Below the pieces are notes generated by a model, which was given only the letters and a program-made list of their open reading frames with translations, was not told where the DNA came from and ran no database searches. A stretch of 64,000 nt of DNA from Podarcis cretensis (lineage: Eukaryota), in NCBI GenBank assembly GCA_951804945.1, contig OX638149.1, positions 85,932,001 through 85,996,000 of the forward strand. The letters are read 5' to 3'. This document shows positions 1 through 13,480 of this stretch, piece by piece; positions within the stretch are counted from its first letter, which is position 1, and each line of letters opens with the position of its first letter. Made by a program: the position numbers and the translations under genes.

Positions 1-529
1 GCAGCCCAAGATCTCCATACATACTCCCCAGGCTTGTGCACTTAAGAAGTCACTTCAGTGCACCTCCTTTTCTCTCGAGACACTGCCAACATTAAATAAC
101 CTCCATAGTTCAGCTACCTTCTCCCCCCCTCCCCAGCCCACTATGCAGGAAACTCTCTCCTTTCTCATTTCCCAATATCCTATTTTTCTTCCTTCCATTT
201 TTTCCCTTTCCCCTCTCCTCCTCGTCATCGGGAAGGTCAGCAGCAACAAGTCAAAAAGCTTTCACTCCCAGAAATCTGTCTTGTTTATTAGTGCATATTG
301 TTCATTAGTGTGCATACATTAGTACTGTATTGTTAATTGTTTGATTATTTCTATTGTGTTTCTATTGTTTTTAATTTGTGTATTTTGTGCTTTGTATACT
401 GTAACTTTGTGTTGTGGACCACCCTGAGACCTATGGATATGGGGTGGTATATAAATTCAATAAATAAATAATAAATAAATATTTCTGGAAGAGTCACCTG
501 AGCTGTGTAGAATGACTGGCTGCAACAGG

Positions 530-757
530 CAGTGGCGGAGCTTCATCGTCCGGCACTGGGGGGGGGGGGGGCGGAGAGCAGGCGGGGGCGGTGCTGGCAC
601 ATGTCCTAGGGGCATGGCGTGCATCCTGGGGGCGTGGCGTGGTGCCTGAGGGGGCGTGGCACCCAGCACGGGTGGGGGGGCAGCTGCGATGGCACCCCAC
701 CAGGATCGTGCTGCCGGGGCAGTGAATTCTCCCCGCACTCCTCTTCCTCCGCCAGTG
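530..757. mobile_element. GC-rich hAT-like MITE
   Basis: TIR CAGTGGCGGAG / CTCCGCCAGTG (1 mismatch) and internal GGGGCGTGGC repeats; explains the ORFs at 457-895. Confidence 0.6.
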
Positions 758-929
758 AAAGCAGGCAGGGACTGGAGAGTGGGGAAGAAAAGCAATAGAG
801 AGGGCAGGGTGTTGGCTTTCCCTCTCACACCTCCATCCTCACTTTATTGCGCTGGCAGCAAATTCAGTTATGTAAATATAAATCTGCTCCAGTGACACAG
901 AAAAAGAGGGATGTTGAAATCTATACACC

Positions 930-1152
930 AGCCAGCATGGTGTAGTGCTTACAAGTATTGGACTAGGACTTAGGAGTCCAGAATTCAAACTCTCATTTAT
1001 CAATGACGCTCACTGGGTGACCTTGGCCAGTCACTGTTTCTCAACCTAAACTATCTGACAGGTTTGTTCTGAGGATGAAATAGGAAGGGAGAGAAGCTTA
1101 CACACCATCTTGCGCTCCTTGGAGAAAAAGTGACGTATAAATGTAATAATAA
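930..1152 (+). mobile_element. tRNA-derived MIR/CORE-like SINE
   Basis: A/B-box-like head (tggtgtagtg...aattcaaac), ctgggtgaccttggccagtcac core, ataaatgtaataataaat tail. Related copies at ~50700-50890 (+) and ~57100-57290 (-). Confidence 0.7.
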
Positions 1153-2128
1153 ATGAAGAAAACAAAATATTTAGCAGCAAAAGGTGAACTTGGGTAAGGA
1201 CAGCCAAATCGTTGTGTTGCCCATTGGTTAAATTTTATGTTTTTCCCCAAGTTGAACATAATTCCAGTATTGGAGCTTGGCTGAGGAGGTATGCACCTGG
1301 AAGGCACAGAGAGCAGGGAGGTAAGCAGCAAGCGGAAAAGGGCTCTGTACTTAACAAGCTATGTGCCCCCTTAGTTTTTAAAAACAGACAGTCACATTAT
1401 CTTTCCATGCGAATGGCACATATCTGTGTGGCTCTTAGATGACTCCATACAGAAAATGGAAATGGCCACAAGCCATAGGAATTACTTCACGAGGGCACAA
1501 ATGGAGAAGGGGGAACAGTGGGCCAACAGGAGTTGTGCTGTGCAAACCTGAAGTTCACTAAGAAATCAGCTGAACGCGTGAATCGACAGCTCACTTCACT
1601 ATAGCACAGAGCCAGTGTCGTAACTAACCATAACCATGACTGGTGGAAACCATATACAGTATTGTGTGTTGCTATCACTCTCTCTTTAAATTAGAGCCTG
1701 AAATTTAGAATTAGAATTAAATGAGAAAAGTTCTAATCGGTGGCACCTATTATCCACCATTTATAATGATTTTATTAATTGCATGTAGGTATTTTGATTT
1801 GCTGATAACTAAATAAATGTGAAGATGATCTCTGAATGTGTGAAACTATTATAAACTACAGTACATGCCATTGGCAGCACCCAATCTTCTGCCCTCCTAG
1901 ATCATGTGTCTGGTGTTGGGATACCTCTCCCAACATCCTAGTTACACTACTGTCCAGAGCACAGATGCAAAGGAGTGTTGGTGTGCTTTTTCTGCTTTGT
2001 TTAATGCGCCCTTCATTGTTAATTACATCCCTTGACAAAGACTTATCCTAACACTAAACCCACTCTTGAATATGCCTGTCACTGTGCATAAATGCTGTTA
2101 TGACGTCCTGAAACCTTAAGGCATTTCC

Positions 2129-2462
2129 CAGACCCTCCAAGTGTCCCTATTTTCCAGGGACATTTAGAGAAGCTGTCCTGGTTTCTGATTTCATCCCAGA
2201 ATGTCCCACTTTTCCTTAGGATGTCTTTTTTTCATTGGAGAAATGTTGGAGGGTATGGAGTTTTCTGGCCTCCGAGCCGTCTGAAGGCAATCTTGTACAG
2301 GGAAGTTTTTAAATGTTTAATATTTTATTATGTTTTAATATATATTGGAGGCTGCAAAGAGTGCCTGCGGCAACCCAGTAAGATGTGTGGAGTATAAATA
2401 GTTTAATGATCATTATGGAAAGGGACGGCCCTATTTTCATCAGAGAAATGTTGGAGGGTATG
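2129..2462. mobile_element. hAT-like non-autonomous element carrying a LINE-tail fragment
   Basis: TIR CAGACCCTCCAA / TTGGAGGGTATG; flanking duplication CATTTCC. Confidence 0.7.
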
Positions 2463-5400
2463 CATTTCCTATACTAAAATAATATTCTCCCAACCCTCAG
2501 TAGATTCAGTCAGTCAATGAACTGAGAGGCTGATTCAGTAAGAGTAAAACAAGATAGACTACAGTAAAGATTCAATAATGTCACACAAAATCTTAGAAAG
2601 TTGAGGCAATAATTGCAGCTATTAGGTTGGGTGTAAAGTTTATTCCAGTTTGTAAACTGATAGGGGCCTGGAAGCATCAACAAATACATATAGGTGCTTG
2701 TGTATATGGCTACACCCACCCACCCACACGTAAACAGGTAAGAACTCTAGTATCTCATCCACAATTCGGAGCACTTCCAGACTGTTGCTCTTTTCAGATG
2801 AGATGCAAGCAATCGCATGCTGGCAAATTCAGCTTGCTCTATTATATTATTATACAACAAACCGCTTCCCACAAAGACCTGACTTTTTGTGATCAGGAAA
2901 ATGACAAGAAAATGAAACACTTGCTTTGATGTAGGTTCACCAGAGCTCCCCACAAACAAATCTGAATGAATGCTCATTTAAAAAGCCCAATGCTAATCTC
3001 CCTGCAAGCAAATCTGAATGAATGCTCCACGAACAAATCACCAGGAAGTACCTTCGGGAGCAACTGGGGAAAAGGTATCTCTGTTTAACAACTAGCTGTG
3101 GTGCTCTTAAGATGTGCCTGAACTGTATTGGTATGGGAAGTGACTTCTATATATATGTTAGTGAAATCATGAACATCTGGAATCCATCAGGGTAGCAGCC
3201 GTGATCAAACTCAATCTCTCTTGCTTCTCCAAAATTCAGGCCCCGTTGCCACTGAGCTATAGAAGGAACCATAGTAGTAGCTGGAAGTGAGAGGCATGTG
3301 ATATATAGGGCAGCAATCACAGGCATATAAACATACACACAGTTCTGCTCAGTGCTATACAAACAAGGTTTTTGCCAATGGCAGATTAAATAGTCATTGG
3401 GTCTGAAACATGGTCCAAGGCTCCTTTCTCCAATTGCTCAGAGGGCTCCAAGTTTACAAACAACTGTAATTCCCATTTGGCTTGTTTTTCACCATCTAGC
3501 TTTGCTCCACACCCTCCCAATCTCACGGAATAAGTAGGCAGGAACACACAGGTACAGAGCTATCAACAGAAAGCAATTCTACATGCATCATTAGAGTGTT
3601 ATGGGCGTAGGATCAATTCTCATAGCATCACCACTCTTGCTCAACTTAAGAACATATGAAGAGCCTGCAGCAGCAGACCAATGGCGCATCCAGTCCAGCA
3701 TCCTGTAAAATTGCGTAATTGCAAATTAATTGACATATGAGCAACGGGCTGGCCTTCTCCCCCTCCAGAAGAGGTGGCAACTCTAAAACAACTGAGTCAG
3801 AGGAAACTTGGATCTGGGCCCCCTAGTTCCCCAGGGGCTGGGCTTGATACCACTGCGTGGGCTTGATGGATGATCCTCATCACTAACTCTATGTTTTTTA
3901 TGGGGCTCCCAGATGCCTGGGGAAGAGCTCACTGGAACGTGTTCAGTGATTATTGGAAAATGGGTCTTACGGGCCCATCCTGCAAAGATTGGAACGTGGC
4001 ATATGCGTCAAGACTGAGTAAGCAGCTGCTGGAAAATGGGGGCGTTTTCTTTTCCGTAGCACCTCTTAGCTGTGTGACTTTTCTTCGGCTTTTATATTTT
4101 CATACAAAAATATTGTATATTTTCTTTGTCCCTGGAGCCCTTGGTGCATCCTGAAATCTCCTTTGCACTTTACCCTCATTAGACCTGGATGTTATTAACC
4201 CTTCTACCATCTTATGACTATCTTAAGAGTACTGTATTAGAAACCGCAGAAGGGAGGGGTCTCTATGCAACTGTTGCTAGCGGGATAATTGGTGGTGTGA
4301 GTGACAGCAGGAATCAGGGCAAGCAAGCTGAAGGGAGAACAACAAGGGGCGTTTCTAGGCACTTAAAGGACTTACAGGCACAGGCCCGTGGCATAAATTT
4401 CCCAGGGTCCTCAAAGGCACTGTGCTTTGTTGCATGCTCAGCAGACCACTCTCAGTCTAAGCAGGGTAAAAATATATGATGCTTTTAAAAGGAGGGGTAC
4501 AAAAAACCCCATGGGTGGCCCCTCCCAGTGCTCTTGGATAACACACCTCTTTACCTGAATGCTGAATTTGTATCATTATGTTCTATTTGAAATGGTTTTT
4601 ACAAGTTTTATCACTGTAAAGGTTTTATCTGTTTTTGTAAGGCTGCATACATTTAAAGAACATCTCCCCCAAACCCCAATAATCCAGGAAACTATAGTTT
4701 GTTGAAAATACTGGGAATTGTAGTTTCATGAGGGGTAAACTACAATTATTTGCGTTGGTGTGCCTTTAAAGTATGGTGCGTACACAGTCTAATTTTATAT
4801 TTTATTTTTGTAACCTGATGGCGAAAGAAATCTTAGAAATAAATAGAAATGAATAATTATATAAACACCTTGCAGAATATTGCACTTTAGAAAGAAGCAG
4901 AAGGCAGGTCATTTCCTAAAGAGCCTCACAACTTCATCTTAACATATGATCAAACAGACAATGAAATGTACCCAACTTTTTGTACCCAAAGAAATTTCTG
5001 GTATATGTTATATGTGCTTCCACAGAAATAGCTCTTTAGCCCCAGGCAGGGTTGCCACCTTTTATTTTTATTTTTTTGCTGGCTCTGCTTTTAAGTCTTT
5101 TATCATCATCTTAGCTCACAGAAAACCATCACTCCATGTCACCTGTTAAATTTATGTTTCAGGTTGCTGCTAAAGATACAGGGCTGGTGGGGTTGGGGTT
5201 TTTTTGTTTTTTAAGTGGTAACAGTATCCCAAGCCAATCTGAATGGCACAGATAAGCACCGGGGTACAGTTTCTTTACACGATGATCCCTAACTATGTTA
5301 ACACAGTAGTTTTTTTATAGAAAGCAGCTGACTCGGATCAGTTCCATGTCAGCAAGCATAATGCAGTGCCATCTTTCTGGGGTTATTGGTCCTGGTTGAA

Positions 5401-5789
5401 CTATTAAGAGGGATCCCAAAACAATGCAGCGCGCAGTTTAGTAGACTGACTTGCTGAGATTGCAATTTACATGCACGTTTACCTGGGAGTAAATCTCAAA
5501 AGGATGTACTCCATCTTCCAAGAAAACACATACAGGACTGCAGGAGAAGAACAGTCTTGTTAGGCAACTCCGACCGCTAAAAAGGATGCTGAAAGTTATT
5601 TGGTATGTGTGGCTATTAGGGAAGGACCGGGCAGCATGCAAAAAAATAAAAAAAAATAAAAAAATAAAAAGTCTGCTGGTTACCCTATTGGATTTTACGC
5701 TCCTTGCTTCTTTACCCAAAGGGGTGAGACTTTGCCCACCGATCTTGCCCGCTTCTGCTACGCGGCCAGTAGGAGGGCAACATGCAAAT

Positions 5790-6420
5790 TACACTACGGC
5801 ACTTTGAGGGTCGATTGGCCAAGAAAGCTCTGATGTCACAAACCCCTTACAATAATTAACAGTAGAATGGGTGGGCGGGATGGGGGTGCGGAGGGGGGAG
5901 GTTGTATGTACTGGATCTACAGCAACGGGAGTGGAAGGAGGCGAAGAAGAGAAGAGGAGGGGAGGGGAGGGGGGGTTTCTCCCTGCGTAGCCTTGCCAGC
6001 TCTTAATGGAAAGAGCGTGTCCAGCTGGCAGGAGTGCACTGGGAGAGCGAGGGGGAAACGGATCGGGGCGGCGGGGGGCTTCCTCCTTCCTCCTCCTCGC
6101 CCCATTCCCACTCCCTCCCCACCGCCTCTTCTTCTCCATCCTTCCACCACCGCTGTGGCTCTCCCGTGTCTCCGCTCCTCGGCCTCCCCCTGCGGTGAGC
6201 CTTCTGGTGACCCCTCCCTGCCGGCTTGGCCGGGGGCCGGAGTGGAGCTGGCCCTGGTTCAGCGGAGGAAGCCGGCAGCCCATTAAAGCAGGTGTCACAT
6301 GTTCCTTCACCTGGGTCACTTGGCATGTGCAGGCGCCACGATTTCCCTTTAAGAGCCCAGCCTGGAGAGGCGAGGGGGACCCTGGGGGCAGGATCCAAGG
6401 AGCAGTGAGCCATGGTTCCC
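5790..6420 (+). promoter_or_regulatory. Orphan CpG island with putative + strand first exon ending at 6194
   Basis: CpG/GC-rich; inverted CCAAT (GATTGG ~5813), GC boxes, donor GCG|GTGAGC at 6194/6195. Confidence 0.6.
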
Positions 6421-6456
6421 ACTGCAGTCCTGGACCGCTCCTTCTCCCCCCCACCC

Positions 6457-6457
<1 letters not shown>

Positions 6458-6525
<68 letters not shown>

Positions 6526-6526
6526 A
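6458..6526. repeat. Compound (CT)n(CA)n microsatellite; (CA)n(GA)n follows at ~6618-6664
   Basis: Directly visible. Confidence 0.95.
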
Positions 6527-7094
6527 CGTAGGGGCCCATGCAGCCCTAGTATGTGAGATCTATTACAATCCCACCCACCTCTTTTCCTCGCCACAAAAAC
6601 TGCAATATATACTGTGAGACACACACACACACAGAGAGAGAGAGAGATTGAGATTGAGAGAGAAAAAACTACTGTTCCCCATGCTATACACCTCCTGACC
6701 TGCAGATCAAACCAACAGAACTGAAAGGGGTTGAAGATGCCAAGCCATCAACAAAAACACGCATCACTGAAATAAGCAAATGATGGCCAAGTTGGGCCTG
6801 CTTTGTATGTCTCCCTTCACACAAGCATTGTTTTAAGTCATGGTAGGTTGCAAAGGGGGTGTGCGAATCTTTTAGGAGCCCCCCCGGCTGCCAGAACTTA
6901 CAATATAGCACAAGAAGTTGGAACCAATATTGGAGCTGTGAGCAATGACCATATTTTGTTGGTGTCTCCCCCTTAACATTTGGGAAGCAGCAGAGTGCCT
7001 GACCTCACCTCAATGACACTGGCAAAAACGAAGGCTGCAATCCTAAGTAGGCTAGCTAGGGAGCAAATCTGCATTGCAAGCTGATGAGTAGAAA

Positions 7095-7300
7095 TAACAA
7101 CAACAGTAATAATAATAATAATATGTATACCCCACTCTGGGCAGCTTACAGCATATATAAAACATAGTCAAATATCAAACATAAAAACTTCCTGATACTG
7201 GGCTGCCTTCAGATGTCTTCTAAAAGTTATGTAGTTCTTTATGTCCTTGACATCTGAAGGGAGCGCGTTCCACAGGGAGGGTTCCACTACCATATAGAAG
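7095..7300 (-). mobile_element. L2/CR1-group LINE 3' fragment
   Basis: Minus strand reads PSLWNALPSDVK...FRRHLK followed by an (ATT)n tail. Similar relics at ~9540-9830, 21700-22200 and 24990-25660. Confidence 0.65.
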
Positions 7301-10300
7301 CTGCGTCCATAAACTAGAAGTGGGAAATGTGAATCATAAAACAGTCCAGACCTTCGCGGAACAACGGTGCTCCGACATTGCAAAGAGGTTGTATCAAAGC
7401 TGACTAGAACATACGTTCAATTAAAAACACCCTCTCTTCTATTAGCAGTATTCAAAAGTGACGCATCCCAGACAGGAAGGCTTTTATAGCATTACATGCG
7501 AAAGTACACTAAAACAGGGGAGATGATTTCAATCTCTAGTGCCCCAAGGTGGTGCGTGCAAACATACAGAGCAATACTTTCTCCAGATCCACATTTTGAG
7601 TTGTGGCTGCAAAGGACAACAGTGAAAGGAGGACTTTAGGGGAGAAGTTGAGGGCCTCATTCAGCAGAAGGGCTCCCAAACACGGAAGGGTTGACTTACC
7701 AGGTTTTGAATACAGGTAAGAAATACAGGTTTTGAAGCAAGTGGAGAAAATACACATCAGCAAAGGAATCCCAAACCCTTTAAAGCCAGCAACAACTGCA
7801 CTAATGGAGACCAGCCTAGTGCCGGAAAAGTCCTCGGCTGCTTTCTGAACTCAAGCATATCTTTTTCGCCTGTGCTAGACTTAAAAGAAACTAACAATGT
7901 TCTGTGATACCACACAGGACAAAAAATGCCTACTACCCACCACACTTGTGCCTCGAAAATGTTTCCCCTCCAAACATTTCAGGGCCTCTCCTAAATTTTT
8001 ATACCCAAATAATTTTTTGGCGGGGGCCCTTTCATAGCGCCACAGGCCCTCCAGACAGCAATAATGTGTTAGCATTGGGGATGCATCCCAGGAAGAATAA
8101 AGCAAAATAAATCCACCACAAAATGCACTGTTGCTGTGTCAAGAACATGTTGCAGAATACACCCATAACTAAACACCAGCTTGGAGGAACCCTTTGAGAT
8201 ATTATGCCTGGAGGACAAATCTACCTGCTCATATCTTTTGCCCCATGACAAACTGCTGTAGAAGAAGAATTTGGAACATCTAATATCTGCAGCAGAGGTA
8301 TAAAGCGGTAAGGAAAAAAAGGGATATCTGCAGACCAATACCTGCAATCAGCACTTGTAGCATTTCAGGAGTGCTCTTTCCTGAAGTAACTAAGTTTCTT
8401 GAATGGGTAAAGTCATAGATGTCATGTTATTTTAAGATAGGCTGCCGTATATATGACACACAAAGGAAGTAAATTCACTAGAAATGTAGACTTAACAACT
8501 GTGCTTTTCCAATCAGATCATTATATTATGCCCTCTAAACAATACACACCACTGGCTTCTGGTCAGTTTCTAGGCTCAATTCAAAGTGGGTTTTTTTTAA
8601 CCTTTAAAGCTCTTCATAGTATCTATATACTAAGATTTTCAACAGAGGTCCTTCTCTGGGTTCCCCCACTGTTAAGGAAAAAATCCTGGGGTACAGGACT
8701 TACTCCACAACCAAGCTCGTTGGGGTACCACTCCCCACGGGTTCCTCTGGTCAGCAGAGAAAGAGTCTCCAGCCAAGTTACAGTAGCAAATCAGTGGTCA
8801 GTGGACCTGATCTTTATTTGTTGCAACCAAGGTTCAGACGCAAAAAGAGAAAGAACCCAGAGCATGGGGCTGCACAGACTTCTGAAACTTTCCCAGCTTT
8901 CCCATAATACGTCACTCACATGATCATGAAAATGTCATGAAAGAGGAGTGGTTGGCATGCAGAAACATGACCCACCCCTGTCAATCATTCCAGTTCCCAA
9001 CAACTTTTAACTACCCTCTTCCGCAAAGAACAATAAAAGTATTTACACATCCTGCACTTCTCCTTTGAAAGTATCAGGATTCAATCCACCATCCCAATGG
9101 GATTCTGCCCTTGATTGCCTCTTGCCTCCTATTGTAAGGCTAAGTTCACACCTTACAGAGAGGCAAGGAATAAGTAACCATATGTTTAAGGAATTATGGA
9201 GGCAGGGTGAGCCCTGGATTCCCCTCTTCCAGAGGAGTCATTAGCCATTGGACCCAGGGAAATCGGTCAAACCGTTGAATTTTGGTGATTATTTGAAGTT
9301 CCTACCATTTTCTATATTGGATAGTCAGAGGAAACAGTACAATATATTGTACAATTTATTGCTACAATTTTATAGACTGCTTTTCTGAGCCGCTTTGCTG
9401 TTGTGCATGGATGGTGCTTATGTAAATGGTGAAGGAGATTAGTCTGGCTCATTGTCCTGGCCTTAGTTCGGGGCTGTGGTGGGGACTTGGGATTTTGGGG
9501 GAGTCGTTTAACTGCCCCCTATCCCTGGTTTTAATACCCACTATCTGAGGGAGGGTGCTTTGAAGGGAAGGACCTTCTTAGTGGTGGCGCCATGTCTGGA
9601 ATGCTCTCCCCAAGTATCCTTGCACGAAGTCATTTTGGCAACTTTTAAATTTTTCCTCAGGTTTTAATATAGTTTGATGTGATTTATATTGGCTGGGTTT
9701 TCTATTTTTATACTGCTCCTAGTGATTTTCGTTTGTTTAATGTTTTGATTTGTATGTTTTTAATTTATTTAACTGGGCTTTGAAATTTGTAAAGTTGCTA
9801 TGGAAATGTTAATGAAGAGTTGGGTAATAATCCCCAAAAGAGAAGTAATTAAATAAACACAGTGCAATATTGGCAAGTAAGCTGGCCACTGGGTAGGTGA
9901 AAAATTATGGTCCCTTAACATGAGCTCATATAAGACTGTGTGCAAAGTTGTTCAGCATGAGCGCAAACTCACTGGTTGAGGGCTGTGGAAGAGGTAGCAG
10001 AAAAGACACTCACATGATTAACTATCAAACCAAGATGTGGTATGAAGGGCAGCAAATGGTGGCGGTGGTGGGGGAAGTGTGAATATAAAGGAAAGAAGTT
10101 TATAAGAAAGAAAAAAGGGGGGGGAGGGTAATAAACGTGTACAAGCCTTTGGGACTTTCCAGGAAAGACTGAAGGGTAGGCAAATCTTAGGCATAGAGTG
10201 TGAGGCTGAAGCAGTCTCATCCTATGCATGTCTATTAAGATGCAAGTGCCATTGATGGGGCTTACATCCAGATAGGTGTGTGCATAGGATTATAGCCCAA

Positions 10301-13209
10301 TTACAAATATACACCTTTTTGTGTTTCTTATTACCTGGGTGCAGCGTGGTCCCTTGTGTTAAAGCAGAGCAAGTAGAAAAATCAGATGAGGATGAAGAAG
10401 TATGAGACAGGGTATTACTACGTTTGTTTGTGTATGTATGTGAGAAAGAGAGAATGCGCCAAGGGGCCATTGCCCACTGACAAGTGGTCCTTGAGTGTCT
10501 AGTCACCACCACATGTGACTCTCAGCTTGCCCACTCCTTCTGTAAAGAAAGACCACGGGGCCATGGTGCCAGGTAGAAAGATCCAGAAGGTAGCTAGGCC
10601 TGAAAGGTTTCTGTTTCTTATGAAACATAACAGCACAGGGGAACTCAGATGGAAGAAGTGATGGCAAGAGAGAGAAAGAGATGGAGGAGCAGAAGAGGAG
10701 TGAATTCAGTGCTCATGTCAGTAGGTGGAGATATGTGAGCCATGATGTGTTCTAGGAGAGCAAATTTCAAGGTCATACATGTGCACTATAACACTTCACC
10801 GCCTTCAGAGCTTTAGGAGACCGACATTCTGCCTTGTTTAGTGTTCTAGAAGGACATGTGTCAAACAGTAACTTTTGTACAACTTCTGTTATATGATCTT
10901 GCTTTCCATTTAAACCCCACTCCTCCTTAGCAACAGGTCTTCTCCAATGCATTCAAACTGAGTGAAAAATAATGGTGGTAAATCATTCAGTGCAAAAGCA
11001 CAATAAAAATGATGTATAATAATGACAGCAAAAGCTGAGGAGGTCTTATTGTACAGCCATTAACTCCAGATCCCCAAAAGAATAAGCAACCCGGTCACCA
11101 CAAGAGAGACTAGATCACTGTTCCTGATGTGTTTTGATAAGATGGGGGCGGGGGGGGGGAATCTGCAGGTCTCCCCTGCATGACAGAATCCCTGATGTGT
11201 ATTGGGGATGGCTTCGTTTGGAACTCAGCAAAGTAAAAGGACTGGCCATTTAGCTCTGCTCTGTGTTCAGAACCTCTGGGAGACAAATTCACCGTCTTAT
11301 CGGTTCCTGGCATCCCGCTATTTGGGCGGCTGCGCCTCCCTCAGTTGTGTCTGCCAGGCCTGTACTGTACTGGGCTTCGTTCCCCAGCACAGCAGGCACT
11401 GTGACCTGACCCCGCTGGGCGACTCCAAGCTCAGTCCACAACAGCTTTCCCTTACTCTGTAGCGAGTTGGGAAACAATCCTTTATATGGTCTGCAAGCTG
11501 CTGGCTCACTGGACACCACAAGGATATTTGGCCGGTTGAAGTCATTGACTATTAATGTTCTAGCAAGGAAAAATGGGCCGTCTCCCTCCTCCAGCACTGC
11601 GCACAGCCCTTGCCCACACACACCCTCTCTCCCCTTGCAGATGAGCATTGACCCCAACTTGCTGACCAACTTCTCTATTCCAGTTCAGGGCTTCCCATAA
11701 AAATAGTTCTGACTCCATTCTGTGATTCCACCCTCATCCTGTTAGTCTAATCCTCAGCTCCCTGTAAATAGCTCCCTTTGTGCCCCATGATTCCTGCAAA
11801 CCTGTCCCTGGGATTACAGATGCAAATAACTCTACTTAAACTCCCCCCCCCAATTCTCAAGCTACAGACCAGCCCTCAACAATGTCCCCAGAATGGGCTC
11901 AGCCCACATTCCAGTGTTTTAGCTATAGCAAATGGAAATGTCAGTGCTTTATTTCTAAAATGTAAAATGTGGGAGCCCAGGCCTTTTTGAAAGTCCTGTT
12001 TTCTTCTTGAAACCCTTCCTCATAAAACCAGGATATGTGGTGTATTAACTTACATGTTGCATTTTAGTTACTGTTGAGTGAAAGAAATGCACTCTGCATA
12101 TGCTCAAATTCCTTTTCTCTACTATGCTGTACCACCATGAACAGGCTGCAGGGCTAACTCTTATGTTATAAAAAAGATCACATGAACCTCCAATAGCCCC
12201 TGTCTGACTGCTGATACTGCCTGCTGGTTTTGATAGCATCTAAAATGAGTTTACTAATGTGTATCCATTCTTTAAAATTAGTATTTGGGAGAGAAAGCTG
12301 GCGAGAGAGATTGTGAAGAATGTGCCAGTGATTTGTGGTATCTAAATGTAAACATCTGCTTTGTAAGTTGCAGGAAATTGCATATTTTGTAGTTACAAAG
12401 TAGGTAAGGTGATACCTTCTCCTGCCAGTATAGGAGTTTGCAAGCTTTTGAGTTACACAGAACTTGCCATTAGGCAGAACGGAAAGGTACCGTCTATGCC
12501 AAAATATTCTACAGCCAGCATTTCAAAAAACCTTCAAGAGGGGGGCAGGCCTCATTCACTCAATAGCTTTGATTGCTCACTACCACACCATGACTCACTG
12601 GCTCACATAACAAGGGTGTACTTATGTTCATTCTTCCATTGTTAGGAGGGTACACTGATGTCTTATCCCACAACCTGAAAAGGAACAGAAAGAAGTGTGT
12701 ACCCCACTTTCCTCTCACCAGCTCCTGAGCAAATGGATCCTGGGATTTATTGTCTGTGCGTGGTGCAGGATGAGGGGGAAGGGAGGGAAGAGGAGAGGGG
12801 GAGGGGGCAAAGGAAGCTATGCCTGGCAAGGCCCTGGGATAGATTGACCCTGACAGATGTTTACAGTGGTGCTGAGGAAGGGGGGTTATTATAGAGCCGC
12901 AGACTAAACAGACCTTGATGCAGGGAGGGGCAGATAGCACTGCCCCCAGCCCCACCAAATCTCCAATCTAAAGTGAGGGGGGCAGGTTCTAGGATGGGGT
13001 CCCACGGAGGAAGCAGTATAGGAGAGGGGAACTTGTGGCAAAATTATCCTATCCTCTGCCGCTGAATTTTGCCCAGATGGTTTCCAAAGTCAGGCAGCTA
13101 CTGAAGAACTAAACAGTGAGGTTTAAATGTGGTGAGATTAGAGGGAGAGATGTCCAAAGGAATATATATACGCAGGAGGCTGCAGTGAGCGGCTCAGGGG
13201 AAGAGGCTG

Positions 13210-13480
13210 ATCGTTGGAGGGAATTCCTTGTGAAGGAAGAGAAGGAGCCAGGCCAGAACAATACAGTGACCTTTCTGGCCTCGCAAGAAACCACGGAGGC
13301 TCCTGACGTCAGAGGCCCATTACGAAAGTGCCTGTTCCCAACACAGGGAAAGGTCATGTCTGGTTCCAACACATTTTCATCCAACTGGCATCTTTCTCGG
13401 CATGTAGTGGTGTGCATGCGTGTGTATGTAATGGGAGAAAATGGGGGCGGTGGAGGAAATCCCGTCACTTCCCAGAACTG
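13210..13480. promoter_or_regulatory. Putative inducible enhancer (NF-kB, CRE, STAT motif cluster)
   Basis: GGGAATTCC 13219-13227, palindromic TGACGTCA 13304-13311, GGAAATCCC 13455-13463, TTCCCAGAA 13469-13477. Confidence 0.4.

Noticed and set aside
5789-6630. Long overlapping ORFs (244, 203 and 139 aa)
   Set aside because: By-products of a GC-rich island and CT/CA microsatellites (ERERER, HTHTHT); no recognisable domain.
11479-11489. CArG box-like CCTTTATATGG
   Set aside because: Seven rather than six A/T between CC and GG, and no supporting context.
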